Positions 33,382-33,758 of a stretch of DNA of 33,758 bases are shown in pieces. Source of the stretch: an uncultured Gammaproteobacteria bacterium (GTDB lineage: Bacteria; Patescibacteriota; Patescibacteriia; 2-12-FULL-60-25); the NCBI GenBank assembly GCA_964405175.1, contig CAYOMV010000003.1, positions 1 through 33,758 on the forward strand. The letters are read 5' to 3'. The translations under genes and the position numbers were made by a program. The notes beneath the pieces were generated by a model. The model did no database searches. It was not told the origin of the DNA and saw nothing but the letters and a program-made list of their open reading frames with translations. The number at the start of each line of letters is the position of its first letter. Positions within the stretch are counted from its first letter, which is position 1.

Positions 33382-33549
33382 CTAATCTTCCAAAGCCGTT
33401 TCCGACAATCTTAAAGCCGCCAAACCCGCCCACTTTGCTTCTTTGCTTTTCAATTCTTTTTTCAGTTTCTTTTCTTGCTTTTCCACCAAAACCCGAAACG
33501 GAGCCTTTTCGCTCTCAGGAGAAACAAATTTTTCAAGTTTTTCATTCAT
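33382..33549 (-). CDS. Possible 55-aa coiled-coil ORF (below the ORF-track cutoff)
   Basis: Hand translation: MNEKLEKFVSPESEKAPFRVLVEKQEKKLKKELKSKEAKWAGLAALRLSETALED. The stop TAG is 1 nt from the next ATG. Weak RBS. Confidence 0.3.
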   Translation of the reverse strand: MNEKLEKFVSPESEKAPFRVLVEKQEKKLKKELKSKEAKWAGLAALRLSETALED

Positions 33550-33593
33550 ATTCTCATTATTTCTTCAGCCCCCCATCCCTCTAACCGTTAGCT

Positions 33594-33642
33594 GATCATT
33601 ATTTATTATTTGTTATTTCTGATTTGTTATTTATTATTTAAT
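33594..33642. repeat. Heptamer array ATTTATT/ATTTGTT/ATTTCTG (7 copies)
   Basis: gatcatt atttatt atttgtt atttctg atttgtt atttatt atttaat. Reverse complement resembles the AATAAAT-type units at 28702-28736. Confidence 0.85.
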
Positions 33643-33657
33643 ATCTGAAAGTTTTTT

Positions 33658-33680
33658 AGCCTCTAGCCTCTAGCTTCTAG
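33658..33680. repeat. Heptamer array AGCCTCT/AGCTTCT (3.3 copies), reverse complement of CTAGAGG/CTAGAAG
   Basis: agcctct agcctct agcttct ag. Confidence 0.9.
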
Positions 33681-33702
33681 ACATTCAAAGCTGACTTGTG
33701 AC

Positions 33703-33730
33703 AAACGGATTCTAGTGATAAACGTGATTT
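33703..33730 (+). repeat. Second copy of the 28-nt AAACGGATTCT.GTGA.AAACGT.ATT motif
   Basis: 24 of 28 identical to 10033-10060. Confidence 0.7.
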
Positions 33731-33758
33731 CGTTATTCGTAGTTAGAAATTATCGTAG

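Overview
This 33.8-kb chromosomal window reads like a small-genome uncultivated bacterium. That is an inference from gene content only (type-2 IleRS, split transketolase, FemAB transferase, DUF2207, many secreted proteins and lipoproteins). It looks CPR/Patescibacteria-like, which I cannot verify here.

I call about 36 protein-coding genes:
- Housekeeping: ileS, ruvA, a membrane Ser/Thr kinase, and a FemAB-family transferase.
- A loose pentose-phosphate/sugar set: rpiB, an rpe-like gene, transketolase N and C subunits, two PfkB kinases, a 2-hydroxyacid dehydrogenase, and a BASS-like transporter.
- One IS1595-family insertion sequence.
- A Fic-domain protein with a degenerate active-site motif.
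- Accessory blocks of secreted proteins: three tandem paralogues sharing an N-terminal domain of about 140 aa, and a four-gene lipoprotein block.

I recognised no rRNA, tRNA or CRISPR array.

The most unusual content is non-coding:
1. At least 14 tandem arrays have a strict 7-nt period but different unit sequences. They sit at operon boundaries, and two are in-frame inside rpiB and the transketolase N subunit.
2. A four-helix-bundle gene (23S-rRNA-IVS protein family) is bracketed by inverted heptamer arrays and wedged between the two transketolase subunit genes.
3. A promoter-to-terminator, ORF-free, helix-rich unit of about 410 nt (18397-18808) could not be assigned to any RNA family.
4. Composite palindromic elements precede lipoprotein genes that share a conserved 5' cassette.
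5. A 33-nt near-identical in-frame segment is shared by two otherwise unrelated genes.

All calls come from reading the sequence and ORF track. No database search was run.
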